DNA of 64,000 nt. Source: Mactra antiquata (Eukaryota). Numbering within the stretch: position 1 is the first letter of the stretch; each line of letters opens with the position of its first letter. The translations under genes were made by a program, and so were the position numbers. The notes below the pieces were generated by a model. The model was not told the DNA's origin, did not search any database, and saw only the letters and a program-made list of their open reading frames with translations. Of this stretch, positions 1 through 12,560 are shown piece by piece. Location: the NCBI GenBank assembly GCA_047288015.1, contig CM103819.1, positions 32,561,354 to 32,625,353 of the forward strand, given 5' to 3'.

Positions 1-13
1 ATATTATAATTAC

Positions 14-205
14 CTGAAGTGTTAGTGACAACACTATGACAACAAAGAGAAGATCAAAGTAATTATTGTCATTTGAATTTAGTAATGCCTTTAACTGTGA
101 AACATTTGCCATTAACAATGCTACGTCCATCATTTGATGTATAAAATTTCTTTTACCAACATATACATTTTGACCTGACAATTCTGGTGTGGCTTTGAGA
201 GTTCC
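14..205 (-). CDS. Ninjurin-like protein, copy 1, internal exon (..GTLKATPELSGQNVYVGKRNFIHQMMDVALLMANVSQLKALLNSNDNNYFDLLFVVIVLSLTLQ). Acceptor tcttatcag|GG near 205, donor CAG|gtaatt near 14. The last exon lies beyond the window start.
   Basis: Minus-strand reading gives the ninjurin signature 'MMDVALLMANVSQLKA' and the start of a hydrophobic helix. It is paralogous to 9877-10056 and 15924-16388. Splice sites were read directly from the sequence. The exon is 192 nt, phase 0-0. Confidence 0.6.
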
Positions 206-702
206 CTGATAAGAATATAAGACAATTTTAAATTAAAAATAACAATATGAATATGCTAGTGGGTTTTTTGTCTAAGATTTGAAGTACATGTTCTGTTCTT
301 TGCTAAAAATATTAATATATAAATATGCGCAATTACTTCATTTCAATGCTATTTTAACATTTTAGCTGTGACATTCAAATATATGGACAATTATAACGGG
401 TTTTATTTTTCGTTTATGCAGCATTACATAACTTAGTCCCCGTTTATGCTGTTTCGTGTACAGTTGACCAATCACTTTTAAATCTGCTGTGCTTTCCCTA
501 CTTTAAAAAGTCTTTTTTGCACAGGGAAACAACCAGGTGGTTTCTGGATGCGTTTTGAACCAATGTCCAACTGTCAGTTTAATCAGCAGTTCCACTAATT
601 AATCATATAACTACTCACTAAATTTATGTAAGGTATAAATTTTACATGATAAAGGTACAATTATAGTTTTATAAAATTAAGCAGTTATGATATAGATCCT
701 AC

Positions 703-828
703 CTGTATTGGATAACCAGGCCCATCTATTTCATCAAAGCCCTTCTCACCACTCTCCACATCAATAAAACTATCCCTCTCCTTCTCCGGTAAATCACATT
801 TTTCTTGAATGTTATCATTTGGCGCCAT
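703..828 (-). CDS. Ninjurin-like protein, copy 1, first coding exon (MAPNDNIQEKCDLPEKERDSFIDVESGEKGFDEIDGPGYPIQ). Donor CAG|gtagga at about 703.
   Basis: ATG at 826-828 on the minus strand with an aaataATGg context. The exon is phase 0 and acidic at the N-terminus. Its position and phase mirror the first exons of copies 2 and 3. Confidence 0.5.
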
Positions 829-2727
829 TATTTGTCCAGAAAGCTCGTCGATTTTAGAAACTGAGTCGCGCATTAGATTAAAACAGCGCCCTACGAAATG
901 CCGAATTCGGAAGAGCAAGACCTCTGGGATTGACGTGTATCTGTATTTGAAAATGTATTCTAAGGAGCGCAAACCAGAGATGAAGAAAGCATTGCAATCA
1001 CACGTGTTTATATTCATCTGGCTATGGATTTTCCAAATTCCACTGAAATCAAGCGTTTCAGTGAACACGATGAGAGATGGGGAATACCGTAGAGTACTTT
1101 CACTTACTAAAACCACTTCTAAATATGTATTTTATGAATTACCGTACGTATGTTGATAATTAAGTACAATTGTCAAGTGTATTATAATTAATTATGTCAC
1201 GTGAACCAAAACACTTAAGTACGTACAAATTTTAAACTTATAAAGTACCAAGAAAAAGAAACGCGCTATGTTCTCGCTCAATTTGATATCTCGTATATAC
1301 ACATTCAACGATAGCAGCAACTACTTCTTCGGGTCGCTTCTATGACCATTCAGATTCTTGTATTTGAGACTGTCAACTTGTCGCATTCGTTCCTTATGGG
1401 GCTCTAGTTTGGTACAAATGTACAAAATATGACACAAACTCCGGTTTCCAATTGTAAGTTAGCGCTGAAATTGGGATAGGGAACAGGTGGTGTCAGCGTT
1501 AATCTGGCTTCCATCTGATGTGAACCATTCGAGGTTTATTGTTCTTTATCTGGTCCTTCCAGCGTACTAATAGCATTTTGTTTTTTGCGTTCGAATTTGT
1601 CAATCATTCAGCATTTACATCTTACGGCAAAAATGATAGTAACTTGTATGCCAAAAGCAGAAAACATTCATAAACTAGTCAACTATTTAATACTATGAAT
1701 TTCAAAAAAGCTGTAAATTATGTGGAATGTTGTTTATCTTCTAGAACATATTTTCATTAAATCTGTGTTAAGTCTTCATATTTTCTGCGACAAAGTCACG
1801 AAATGAATGTCAGTTGATTTATGTCGTTATACTTTTGTAAAATGGTTTACAGATTTGTCTCAATTGATTTCTTACTAAAAATTAATATAAACTCAAGCCC
1901 GTAGAAACGGGGGGCAGATATTTAGCCTGTCCACCTCCTCCCAATAATTTTGACTGATAGTGATTTTAAGAACAGTTAGGAGTTACGTTAGCCTGCTTTA
2001 GACTGCTGTGACCTAAACAATGTGTTACTAAGGCATTAACAACAAAAAACAAAAAACGACCCCCACCATAATTAGCCCCCTACTAAATTAGCCCGCCCAA
2101 TCTGAAAATGCTTCCTACGGGCCTGAAACTAGATAATCAAGTCTAGAGATACTCTTATGAAAGACTTGTTACAAAATATCTTACGATAAAAATCTTCGTA
2201 AGTTTAATTTTGGTAAGATGTTCAGAAGATATAAAATATTCTGTGTAATTTAAGCCTACGAGATGTTTTTTTTTTTCGTTTTTTGTCCCATGTAACACAA
2301 ATAAATAAATTCCGCGAACTTTCCAATCACCCCTCCTATTTGTAATTTACAGAACAAACCATTGAACACTTAACGAATGTTTTCTGCTTTTGACCTACGA
2401 CTATTTTTTTCGTAAGATTTTTTGTGAGAGGGTCACGGCAATCTCCTGTCGGTGTACTAGCTTGTAACAACTTTAATTTACATAATGGTTGCGGTGACTT
2501 TTTCTCTACGTATACTATACTTGTGTTTTTGTCGTCTGGTTGTCGATCAAAGTATCGTCGTAATGGACTGTCGGCTTTTTTCATTCAGTCAAAGTTTTAT
2601 TGTTGATGTTGCAAAATACTACTTTCCTAATTAGGAAAAGATAGAAAACCCAGGCCAAGAAATCAGGTTAACAAAATTGGACCTTCGTATATAAATTTCA
2701 TCGAATTTATTGTTTCAAAAGTGACTT

Positions 2728-2860
2728 ACTCACCCACCCACCGACCGACCGGTCGACCGACTGACAGAACGACTGACTGCTAACTGACTCACTGATTGAC
2801 CGATCGACTGACGGACGGACGGACGGACAAACCGACCGACTGACTGGCACAGACATGCAA
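2728..2860. repeat. Compound tetranucleotide microsatellite (GACC/GACT/GACG/GGAC)n
   Basis: Run of 'ccaccgaccgaccggtcgaccgactgaca...gacggacggacggacggacaaaccgaccgactgactgg'. Confidence 0.9.
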
Positions 2861-4671
2861 GTATCGAAAAATAGTATGTATTGATTCGAGGCACTAATTA
2901 ATCATATGCTAAACAAAAATATACACATGCAATATTTATTATATTACGAGTTCATGTATTGTTATTATTATCACTTTAGCGTCTTAATATTTTTCTACTT
3001 TAGTGGAATAATTAACTAAGTGAATAATATCTAAATACAATGTTGACTGCTATTCAAAAATGATGACTTTAACATAAGATTTTTAAAATGCATACTTAAA
3101 GACAATGATGGTATGAATGATGCTACATTGCTGTATTTTAACAAGATGTATTTTATATCGCATTTCTTCATAAAATACCCACATGCCCAAATAAGGTAAA
3201 ACTCATGAATTATAAAAAAAATGAGGTATTCTTTTCCTAATCGTCAAGATTATGTTCCAAAATTATGTTCCAAGCTTATGTACCGTACGTTACCAATCTT
3301 TTCACTCAGCGGTTCTGTTTTCACTGACAATATATGATTCGCGATGATTTGTTACATTGGTTTGGAAAGTATAGCCAATATATACGAATCATTGCGGTCT
3401 TCAAACTCCAATTGTTACAATGGACAACTGCTTAGACCTGGCCATACACCGACAGATGGACCAAAGATACCAAGAGGGTATTTCGCAATTGGAGCAAGAA
3501 AATATTCTATCATGCACTCTTGCAATCAATGTGATTTTTACCCAATTCCAGGAAAAATGTTCCTAATATCGTCAGGAAGCTACTTACATTGTATAAAACA
3601 TTAGATACATTACATGTGTATATAGTATAAATGTATTTCCAAGAAAAAATGGTGTATCAATGTACTATTACTGGTTTTATTCATGTAGCAATCAACATAC
3701 ATGTATGTACATGGCTGGCTATTGTGAATTATAACCATGGCATGTACAATATCCATGCACACTTTGTAGATATACATTAATTTTGTGTTCCATGAAACGA
3801 CTACGTAACTGTTATATCTCTTGGAATTATTTATAACCATGCTCAATACAAACTAAACTTGAAAATAGTACTTTGCATACACGATAAACATGTGTAGTTT
3901 GTTTGATAGGTCATGCATGTGTGTGTACATCCAAAATCAGAGTGCCCAGTAAAGAGGAAATTTTAGTGTGTAAAACGAATTTAGTGTCCCCCTAATAACA
4001 GGCTGATTCTTCATACCATGTTATAGAACAGGTTTTCTTTAAATGAACGCTTTTAATATCGGCCTATTATTATGAACTATAAAGCGCGACCAAAGGTGAT
4101 AGTCTCATCCGGGAATTTACTGTTTGCGACTATCGAAAGTGGTCGCACTTTACACAACTTGCACTTTTGATTTATTTGTTTGCTTCTTTTAATATTATAA
4201 TTGTTCCTTGAACACTCGAACTTACTAACTCGGAAATTAGAGTCAGTTGGTATTAACTTGTACATAATTGAAATCCAGAAGTTGAGACATAATTATACTG
4301 ACATCCGTGTTGCGTTTATCTTGATAAAAGATCAACGTTCATTGGCTAGACATATACCAGGCTGATAAAAGCTCAAAGCGCATTGGTCAAAATATCCTTA
4401 TAAGAGGAAGTTATGTGTCCGTAATGTGTGCTGTGTGTGTTTAGAGGTCAAGTGTCATTGACATAATGTAAAAAACAACATACGTTTAAGAGGTTCAATT
4501 TACTTGAACATTGAACGTAATTATTATTCATGAAAAAATGTTATTTCTTTTACAGGCAAGAATATGGTGCCAGTTTGTACACTTGTTGACGTAGATCAGT
4601 TTTAACTGCCTCAGAAGTACAGTATAGTTAGGATCGCTGACATCAAATTATTTTAACCTATCTATATTTTC

Positions 4672-4985
4672 TTTTTTTTTGTTTTGGTTTAACGCCATAG
4701 CAACACATTGTATAGGTCATATCACGGCGGTCAGTCAACCTACTCACCGTTCCTGGAAAGGCTAAATCTCTGGATTTAGCTGTTAACCAGTTACTAGGCG
4801 CATACTTCCGTCAGTGACTGAAAACTGCCCTACATGATTTAGAATCAGTGGTAGGAGGGAGAATGGCCGTAGAAATAATTTCATGACCAAGCGCCACGAA
4901 AGTATGCCCCGCCCAGGGATCGAACCCACGACCCCTCGATCAGTAGACTTGCGCGCTACCGACTGAGCTAGCCGGGCGGGTCTGT
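4672..4985 (-). mobile_element. tRNA-derived SINE, subfamily A. The tRNA-like head is at the 4905-4985 end and the A-rich tail is at about 4672.
   Basis: The head is the reverse complement of 'gacccgcccggctagctcagtcggtagcgcgcaagtctactgatcgaggggtcgtgggttcgatccctgggcgg'. The body is shared with copies at 37036-37312 and 44516-44836. Flanking 10-bp target-site duplication 'taacctRtct'. Confidence 0.8.
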
Positions 4986-5513
4986 AACCTGTCTCAGATA
5001 GAGGGGATCGTGAGTTAGAGTCCAGCTACGATACATTTTTGTCCATGTGATAAAGTAAGCAAGTGAATATGAAGAATGTTAGTTAAGCACTGGTGCTGAC
5101 AGAATCGATGTTTAGGAGAGAGAACAGTCTGCCTCATATGACTCTCATGCCCATGTCATCAAATTTCTTACGACCGATTTTCGTCGTAAATCCTGTCGTA
5201 TCATATTACCATGTTATCGTAAGATTTTTATACCATGACCCCAAATTATTGAAAAGGGCTGAGATACAAGACAGTTACGTGTATTATTATGTGCTGTACA
5301 AATAAGCACGTGTATAGCCCCTGCTGTGTTATAACGGACTTAAGTAATGTGAAAAGTAATTTATATTGTTCAAAGCTAATTCTCAATATTGCTTTAGAAA
5401 GTAATATCTGTTTAGTTAAGCATCAGATTCAATTTTGATTCGTATCCATGTTGGTTGAATATTGATATTGATTGTATAACACTGGGCGGGGCGAGTATAT
5501 AATATATGTTATT

Positions 5514-5640
5514 AAATAAGTGATTTGATAAGGCCCTGTTATTTTTCGAGGGTAGTTGTATTGGCCCAAGGCCGAAGGCCGAGGGCTAATACGACTGTCC
5601 CGAGGAAAAATAACAGGGCCTGTATCAAATCACTTATTTA
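5514..5640. repeat. Long inverted repeat or hairpin, with arms of about 40 bp and a loop of about 45 bp
   Basis: 'ttaaataagtgatttgataaggccctgttatttttcgaggg' pairs with 'cccgaggaaaaataacagggcctgtatcaaatcacttatttaa'. Confidence 0.85.
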
Positions 5641-5699
5641 ATGACAAGTTTATTAAATAACTACTTACTGAACATCAACAAACGCGTCAAGTTCAATAA

Positions 5700-6600
5700 A
5701 AATCACCAGCGAACCTGGCGTTCCTTTTATATCTGTTTTGTTTTTCTACACGTTGTGACGAAATAATATAGGCTAAAAACGACTATGCCAAGAACGTACC
5801 GCTATGTACGAGACTCCACTATGTTAAAGATAATTACTGCTACCGGTCTCTTGAGAAAATAATTAATTGTAAATTGAGCTTGAACGCATTCAAAAACAAA
5901 ATGGCCGTCACTTTTAGCAATATTCATAACTGATATTGGTCCTGTTTTATCAACCAATCAGAGCGCAGATATTTGTTATTGGACCGGGGCCAATAAGTGT
6001 TATTGGCCCTATAACAGATTTCGGCCTTGTTTTCAGTTTTATTAAGCACGTTTTCCAGTATTGTGGAGTGAATTTGCCACTTTACAGGGCAAATAACACG
6101 TAGTTATTTAATAAGGCTTGTTAAAAATCAGTTTTCTTCTCAAACTGTATTTTTGATGACCTTTTACGTCATGTTCCTTTTACGTCTGTTTTTGCACCGT
6201 TTTTTTTCTACAAGTTATGATGAAATAATACAGGTTAAAAAAGACTCATGCCAGGAACGTACTGTTATGTACGAGACTCCACTATGTCAAAGATAATGAC
6301 TGCTACCGTTCTCCTGAGAGAATAATTAATTGTAAATTGGGTTTGAACGCGTACATGTACAAAATAAAATGGCCGTCATTTTTAGCGATAATCATAACTG
6401 ATATCGGCCCTGTTTTATCAATTAATCAGAACGCAGAAATTTGATATTGAACCGGAGCCAATAAGTGTTATTGGCCCTATAACAGATTTCGGCCCTGTTT
6501 TCAGTTTTATTAAGCAGGTTTTGCAGTACTGTGCAGTGAATTGGCCACGCTACAGGGCAAATAACACATAGTTATTTAATAATAGGTGTTCCAAATACGG
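5700..6600. repeat. Tandem duplication, 2 copies of about 470 bp each (5700-6130 and 6170-6600)
   Basis: Both copies contain '...ggccgtcacttttagcaatattcataactgatattggtcctgttttatcaaccaatcagagcgcag...gggcaaataacacgtagttatttaataa' with scattered substitutions. Confidence 0.85.
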
Positions 6601-7865
6601 TTCCTGATTTACAAAAAATTCAATTGGAAAAGTAACTGAGTTTTGAGCAAAGAGTTCGTTCTCAAGTTCTGTAACTACCGGTTCTGAGTGATTTCTATGT
6701 GAAACACGACAGTTCATAATATAAACGTACTTGTCTTTATCTAGCCATGAATGTCAATTGAGACTTCAAACCAAAAATAACAGTTTTCACAATAATGATA
6801 TATGCAAGAATCAAGATGTATAATATAATGATGGGTCGACTGTTTTCATACTGATTAGTTCTTGTTGTTGCTGCTTATATGATTATACATTCCGTATGTG
6901 TATGTAGATGTATGTATATGTATTGCGCAACGGTCCGGATTTTACTAATGCTTGTAAAAGTAGTCGCCCCTTGATGTAAAATACTATGTAAATGATTTGA
7001 CCATCGGTATTCTAGTAATTTCGCTTTCGGACTAGAATACTAAATGCTGGTCAAATTAAAAGTTTTATTTATATGGTGCTCATATGTAATTTATATTTTT
7101 CACCATTTGTCACATGTATGTATATGTTGACCGCGTGGGTCTATGACCTTCCGGTTTAAATTAAAATAAACTTTGAAACTTATGATTAATTAATATTGTC
7201 ATACAACTGGGGGTATATAAGTTGTATAGAAAATACATCGGGAGGTCAGTAAGAGAAGTCAGTAAGAAAGGGGGTCAGTCCGGAAGGCCAATCCAACATG
7301 ACACTTTGATGAGAGAGCTCTTGGGGTTCAGGTCGGGACTTCAGGGCCTAGACCTCAGCTGGAATGTGGCGTATAGTTGGTTAACTTACATGTTGTTAGA
7401 ACACTAAACACACAAAAACAAACTTTTTGAAAACATTTTATCTTCAAAAATTACAATATTTGCAAGTAGATAAAATAAAATAAAGCACCAAATATATAAC
7501 GTAAACATAACATAACAAAACATAGAAAAATGTAACAATTCAATGTGTGGTCGTGGTCAATCTCCGTAAACAGATATCCCATAGACCGCTGTCATAGGTA
7601 AAAAAAAGCGAGTAAGTGAGCGGAGATTTTAGATCGGGTTTTAATCAGGATGGGTCGTGGTAGACACATTTGTGACGTGATTTGATTGAGAATAGAACAT
7701 GCATCCCAAGCAAGTTTTCTGTGACTTGAATTGTCTTAGTATCGTTATATCCACATAGTGTCATCTAATCAAAATAAACATTGCTGTTATAGACAATGTA
7801 TAACACCGAATGACGAGCAAGTTCTATACACAGTCTAGCACTTCACCTATGCGTGTATTTGTCGA

Positions 7866-8180
7866 GTCCGCCCAGCTAGCTCACTCGGTAGCACGTCTGC
7901 CTACCGATTCAGGGGCCATGGGTTCGATTCCCGAACGAAACCTACATACATGTACCTTCGTGGAGTCTGGACATGCAATGCTGTCCATGGTTATTATCCC
8001 TTCTACCTCTGTTTTAAGCAGTGCAGTTGTCGGCCGCTGGCGAAGGTATATGCTTAGAATTGGTTAAAAGCTTGGGTCCAGAGATTTAAGCTTCTGCATT
8101 GGACAGTGAGTAGATCGACTAACCGCCACGATATGACTTAAAATTTGTCAAAAAGCAGCTTAAAGCGCCATAAATTACCA
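7866..8180 (+). mobile_element. tRNA-derived SINE, subfamily B
   Basis: Head 'gtccgcccagctagctcactcggtagcacgtctgcctaccgattcaggggccatgggttcgattcccg', then the shared body '..gccgctggcgaaggtatatgcttag..ggttaaaagcttgggtccagagatttaagc..', then the tail '..aaatttgtcaaaaagc..'. Confidence 0.8.
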
Positions 8181-8815
8181 AATTACTGAATGTATTTTTT
8201 AATTCGTCGGCTTGACACGCAACGAAACTGTAGGTCTCTTTCACAAAGCTTACGATAAAAATCATCTTAGTAGGTCCATTTGATATATTTGTTTCCAAAG
8301 GTCCGCAGATTGGTAGAAATGTTTTTTTTGGTACCATATTCAATATGTCAACTATACTCTACATACATGCAATTTAGGACATTCAGCATATGACTGCACA
8401 CATATATAATAGAAATGTATATAGTAAATAGATATGTATATAATTATGATACTATATCAGAAACAATATTCATATATTTTATATAAATGATTGGGAACAA
8501 TATTACAGTGAATGTTTCGTGACTATACACGATTTTGAGTGAAATAATTATAAAAAGGGTGTGGTATAATGTTAAAGTCAGAAAGGTATGTTCTAGTTCA
8601 CCTGGTGTTATCTAGATTCGCAAAATTGTCGACTATGTTTTGGAAACTTGATATCCACTGGTGGAAGAAAGTGTTAATGTGGTATTGGCCAAAGAGACAC
8701 AAAGTTAATTCAAATGAATTTCTTGTATTTTGCATTATAACCAGAAAAATGCAGCAGAATACTTAACACGCTTGTACATATTCAGCTCATTGTTGCGGTT
8801 GGAAAATTTTTCTTC

Positions 8816-9094
8816 TTATGAAGGAACTTCTGTAGCACTGTTAGTGGATAGTGTCTGTCCTGTTCCACTTACAGAAGATGCACTCTGGCCTCCTTCAACC
8901 CCGAAGCCCGTGATAAACACATTTGAAACAATTATAAATAAAACCAAAACATTTCCAAGACGATCAAGTAGTTTAGCAAAATATTTCTTCCTTTCAATGG
9001 CTGGACTTTCTTTTTTTAATAAATCATTGTCGTTTTCATCTTCTATCGTTTTCTCAAAGGCATAAATTGCTAACATACACATTGTGAAGATAAC
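8816..9094 (-). CDS. Ninjurin-like protein, copy 2, last exon (VIFTMCMLAIYAFEKTIEDENDNDLLKKESPAIERKKYFAKLLDRLGNVLVLFIIVSNVFITGFGVEGGQSASSVSGTGQTLSTNSATEVPS*)
   Basis: Acceptor ttttcag|GTTATC at about 9094. The C-terminal 'NVFITGFGVE' resembles ninjurin 'NIFITAFGVQ'. A possible alternative donor lies after ..GQSASS (tct|gtaagt). Confidence 0.6.
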   Translation of the reverse strand, partial: VIFTMCMLAIYAFEKTIEDENDNDLLKKESPAIERKKYFAKLLDRLGNVLVLFIIVSNVFITGFGVEGGQSASSVSGTGQTLSTNSATEVPS

Positions 9095-9876
9095 CTGAAA
9101 ATTACATTTTGAGAGAAGTGGCATATAATAAGACTAGAGTAGCATGAGTTGAAGATTGCATATAATCTTTTTCTTTATTGTAGCGTTTGTATGTTGATTA
9201 AGGTTTTAATTGTCGACCACGGCTATTTCAGTTGCAGTGGTACTTCGCTGGTCTGATTCATACGCAATATGAATGGAGAACATGTCGATCGCTTGATTAA
9301 AATTTACAAGTTCATTCAATTTTTTGAGAACTTTTTAGAATGCACCTGGCTTAAACAAGTAATCGTCCTCCTTTTGAACACGTATTTGCACTTCGTTTTT
9401 ACATTAATTTAAACGGCATCTTGTATGCTTCATAAGCATGTCTTACATTGGAAAATGTCTTAGGGTAGAATCCTCTTGGTCCCCTACTAAGATAAAAACA
9501 AACGTGAAGAATAAGGAGGCTTCTACCTAAACAAACTTTCTAACTAGCATGCACAGCCTGGTATCACGTACGTAATGTTTTTTTGTTTTGTATCTCTATT
9601 CACATGTAATATGTGCTGATTGTATCTACTTACAAAAAGACACAATGAGATATTACCGTTGAATCGTGATTACTAAATTCATTCTGTAATTTGGACTCGG
9701 TCCCATTGACCTTGGTCATTACAAACTAAGGGTTTTCTGTTAACTGCCAGAATGACGGTGCTTCTAACTCAGACGAAAAACTGCATTTCTTTCACTCATT
9801 AAGCATAGACTTATAGGCACCAAAAAGTACTAAAACATCAAGACGTGTGTGAATTTTAGACAAATACAATACAAAC

Positions 9877-10056
9877 CTGTAGAGATATGGACAATATTAT
9901 GAAAGTCAGCAGTATATAGAAATATTCATTATCCTTAGATACTAAAAGAGCTTTAAGTTGTGAGACATTGGCCATCATCAAAGCTACGTCCATCATTTGA
10001 TGTATGAAATTTCTTTTACCAACATAAGCGTTTGGTGTTCCACCAGATACAATATT
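9877..10056 (-). CDS. Ninjurin-like protein, copy 2, exon 2 (NIVSGGTPNAYVGKRNFIHQMMDVALMMANVSQLKALLVSKDNEYFYILLTFIILSISLQ)
   Basis: Acceptor ttttatactag|AATATT, donor CAG|gtttgt. The exon is 180 nt, phase 0. It carries the ninjurin motif 'DVALMMANVSQLK'. Confidence 0.65.
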
Positions 10057-10305
10057 CTAGTATAAAATAAAGTTCAATTATAGTGAAATTTGTATCACTC
10101 ACGGGGCTGTGAAACCTCATAGAAATCATCGTAAGTCAAAAGCAGAAAGCATTCATGAAATGTTGTTATTTTTTGGCCTATCCATTTCAAATGAACTTAA
10201 TGACGCAGATTGTTGTATACCTTCTGAATATAATAACGGTAACAGTCGACTGTTTGCCGCTACCATAAGCTACCATTGGCTAACAGGTTTACACAGTAGT
10301 TAATT

Positions 10306-10865
10306 CATTCGGAACTCCCCGGCCATTCACTACGAATAACCTCGGATATATTTAGACACCATGTCGTAACTACTTTCGTGTCACGTGACAAAACATGAAC
10401 GGCACAATTAAAATTTAAAATCTTCTCATATCAAGTTGGTAAAACCCATACCACGCCGTTCTTGTTGAATACAGTCATCGGGGCTTCTCACATACCATTT
10501 AGAATGTCTTAAATGCAAAGTTATCTCTTGCTAGGGACAGACACAATTCAAAACTTGCCATTGTGATAATGGAAGGGCCGTGTTTTGATTTTATCCGGTG
10601 TCGAAGTAAACAAATCCATGATCATGTAGGCGATGACAGATGTCCTGATTTAAGTCTATAGATTTAAAGCACATGACTCATTGAGATCGCTAACCATTGT
10701 TGAGACACATAATATAACAGAAAAATATTATTATGCTAAACCTTGTGTGTTTTCGACAAGAACTATTTAATACAAATTGTTGTGTGGTTCGCCTCGCGTA
10801 TGCAGCAAAAACCCACGAATCCTTCCGAGATTATTATTCAATGAATGGTTGAGGTGTTCCGAATG
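10306..10865. mobile_element. MITE-like non-autonomous DNA element with 'CATTCGGAAC' termini and a 9-bp target-site duplication (TAGTTAATT). It lies in the intron of ninjurin-like copy 2.
   Basis: Imperfect terminal inverted repeats of about 40 bp: 'cattcggaactccccggccattcactacgaataacctcgga' pairs with the reverse complement of '...tccgagattattattcaatgaatggttgaggtgttccgaatg'. The sequence 'tagttaatt' directly flanks both ends. The other copies (13342-13827, 42530-43026, 62109-62690) are in inverted orientation relative to this one. Confidence 0.8.
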
Positions 10866-11561
10866 TAGTTAATTAACCATTCAGTTAAACCTTATACGTC
10901 GTTAACGGTAGCATCTTCCACTGAGGTGCTAACGTTAGATACCGGCAGCTGTAGCTGAGCTTATCCTAGTGTTAATTTTCGGGGATTTTGCAATTTGTTT
11001 GAGACGGCATTCTGATTTTTGTAGCTCTGGCGCCATATGTATATAATGGCCAATGTTGTCAACCTCGATCATTCAATGCACACTAACGTCGATTTGTCTA
11101 AGATATCATCACTGACTATATTGTAAACCATATATAAGTGTACTCCTTAAAGTTGATGTTGTGCTCATTAGCATAAACGACAATATTCAATTACCACTGT
11201 TTAAGTAGTGAGTTAATTGATAGATAATAATGGTTCAAATCCATCCACAGGGCACCATGAGGAAGAAACTTAATCCTAAGTCCTTAATACAGGTTGACCT
11301 GCAAGTAAACTCAGTTAAGATGACCATATAACTTGTGATATTTTTTCACAGTCGAGCTGAATTACTTTATATAAAAAGAAAAAGAACATAGAATAAATTA
11401 CCTGCCTTTGTTGTTATAATAGCATTATAACAAACAGTAATCAGCATGATAAAAATATTCTATTACATTATTATTCCCAAGATTACACGAACCTGTATTT
11501 TTTCATTTCAAAGGGAGATAACTATTCCATACATAGACGATATAAATCATGCATTACGTAC

Positions 11562-11678
11562 CTTTATACCAGCTTCGGGTTCATCTTGTCCTAATTTATC
11601 ATCATTATCATGTATATAATCTATCTCTATATCATCAGTTGTATGTTGTATATGTGTGTCTTCTCTGATTGATGCCAT
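11562..11678 (-). CDS. Ninjurin-like protein, copy 2, first coding exon (MASIREDTHIQHTTDDIEIDYIHDNDDKLGQDEPEAGIK). Donor AAG|gtacgt.
   Basis: ATG at 11676-11678 on the minus strand with A at -3 and G at +4. The exon is phase 0 and compatible with exon 2 at 9877-10056. It parallels the first exons of copy 1 and copy 3. Confidence 0.5.
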
Positions 11679-11829
11679 GCTATCATATCCACTAACTAAA
11701 TATTATGTATGAAAAATAACCCATAGTTATGTACAGTGGACAATAAACAAACGGTTACATGTATGTATACACTAACACATTGGAGCTTTTTAATTGGGGG
11801 AAGACTGGGCTTGACCAGCTGAGTTGTAT

Positions 11830-11990
11830 CATCAAATGAAGTTATAATGATACATGTAATAATAATAATAATGATAATTATAATAATAATAGTAATAGTA
11901 TTAATAATAACAATACAATGTAATAATAATATTTAGATTATTATTATTTATTATTACAATTATTATTATCATTACACTTCCAAACAATAT
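11830..11990. repeat. AAT/ATT-rich microsatellite with an internal palindrome
   Basis: 'aataataataataatgataattataataataatagtaat...attattattatttattattacaattattattatcatt'. Confidence 0.9.
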
Positions 11991-12271
11991 CAACGTTAAA
12001 TTAGTCCTCTCTCGTGCATTTTACATTAATACAACCCTTTTTAAAACAGACATTTCTCTCTAATAGCCCATTTATAATATTTCTGTTATTGTCAACGATG
12101 TGTCTCACTGTGTTCTGGACAATTTCTCAAATTGTGATTGGATGCATAATTTTAAAAGTCGTAGGTCGTTAGTTAATTGATGTAATGTGACGGACAAATT
12201 GTTAGAAAGACGCTAAAACCGCTTTGTCTTACTTAACAAATACAACGAATAGTATAAATATACCATATTTA

Positions 12272-12560
12272 GTCCGCCCGGCTAGCCCAGTCGGTAGCGC
12301 GACTGCCTACCGATCAATGAATAGCTCGTTATAGATTCGTGGGCTGGGCCTACTTACTTGCATGGAGTTTAGTTATGGTTATTTTCTACCACCATTCGTA
12401 TGAAGTACATGTAGGTAGTTTTCAGCCACTGGCGAAAGTATGTGCTTAATACTGGTTAAAAGCTTGCGTCTAGAGATCTAAACCTCTTAGAGGACGATGA
12501 GTAGGTCGACTGACCGCCGAGATAAGACCGAAAAATTGTCGAAAAGCGGTGTAAAGCAAC
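12272..12560 (+). mobile_element. tRNA-derived SINE, subfamily B
   Basis: Head 'gtccgcccggctagcccagtcggtagcgcgactgcctaccgat..', body '..cactggcgaaagtatgtgcttaatactggttaaaagcttgcgtctagagatctaaacc..', tail 'gaaaaattgtcgaaaagcggtgtaaagc'. Confidence 0.8.

Noticed and set aside
809-1156. Plus-strand 115-aa ORF overlapping the ninjurin-like first exon
   Set aside because: It is antisense to the better-supported minus-strand exon at 703-828 and shows no conservation or domain signal.
4905-4985. tRNA-like cloverleaf sequences here and at about a dozen other sites
   Set aside because: Each is followed by a conserved SINE body and tail of about 200 bp, with flanking target-site duplications. They are tRNA-derived SINE heads, not tRNA genes.
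8816-9094. K+-channel-like reading of 'pore helix plus TGFG' in the ninjurin-like exons
   Set aside because: No second pore-lining helix follows the motif. Overall similarity to ninjurin ('ALMMANVSQLK', 'NVFITGFGV') explains the motif better.
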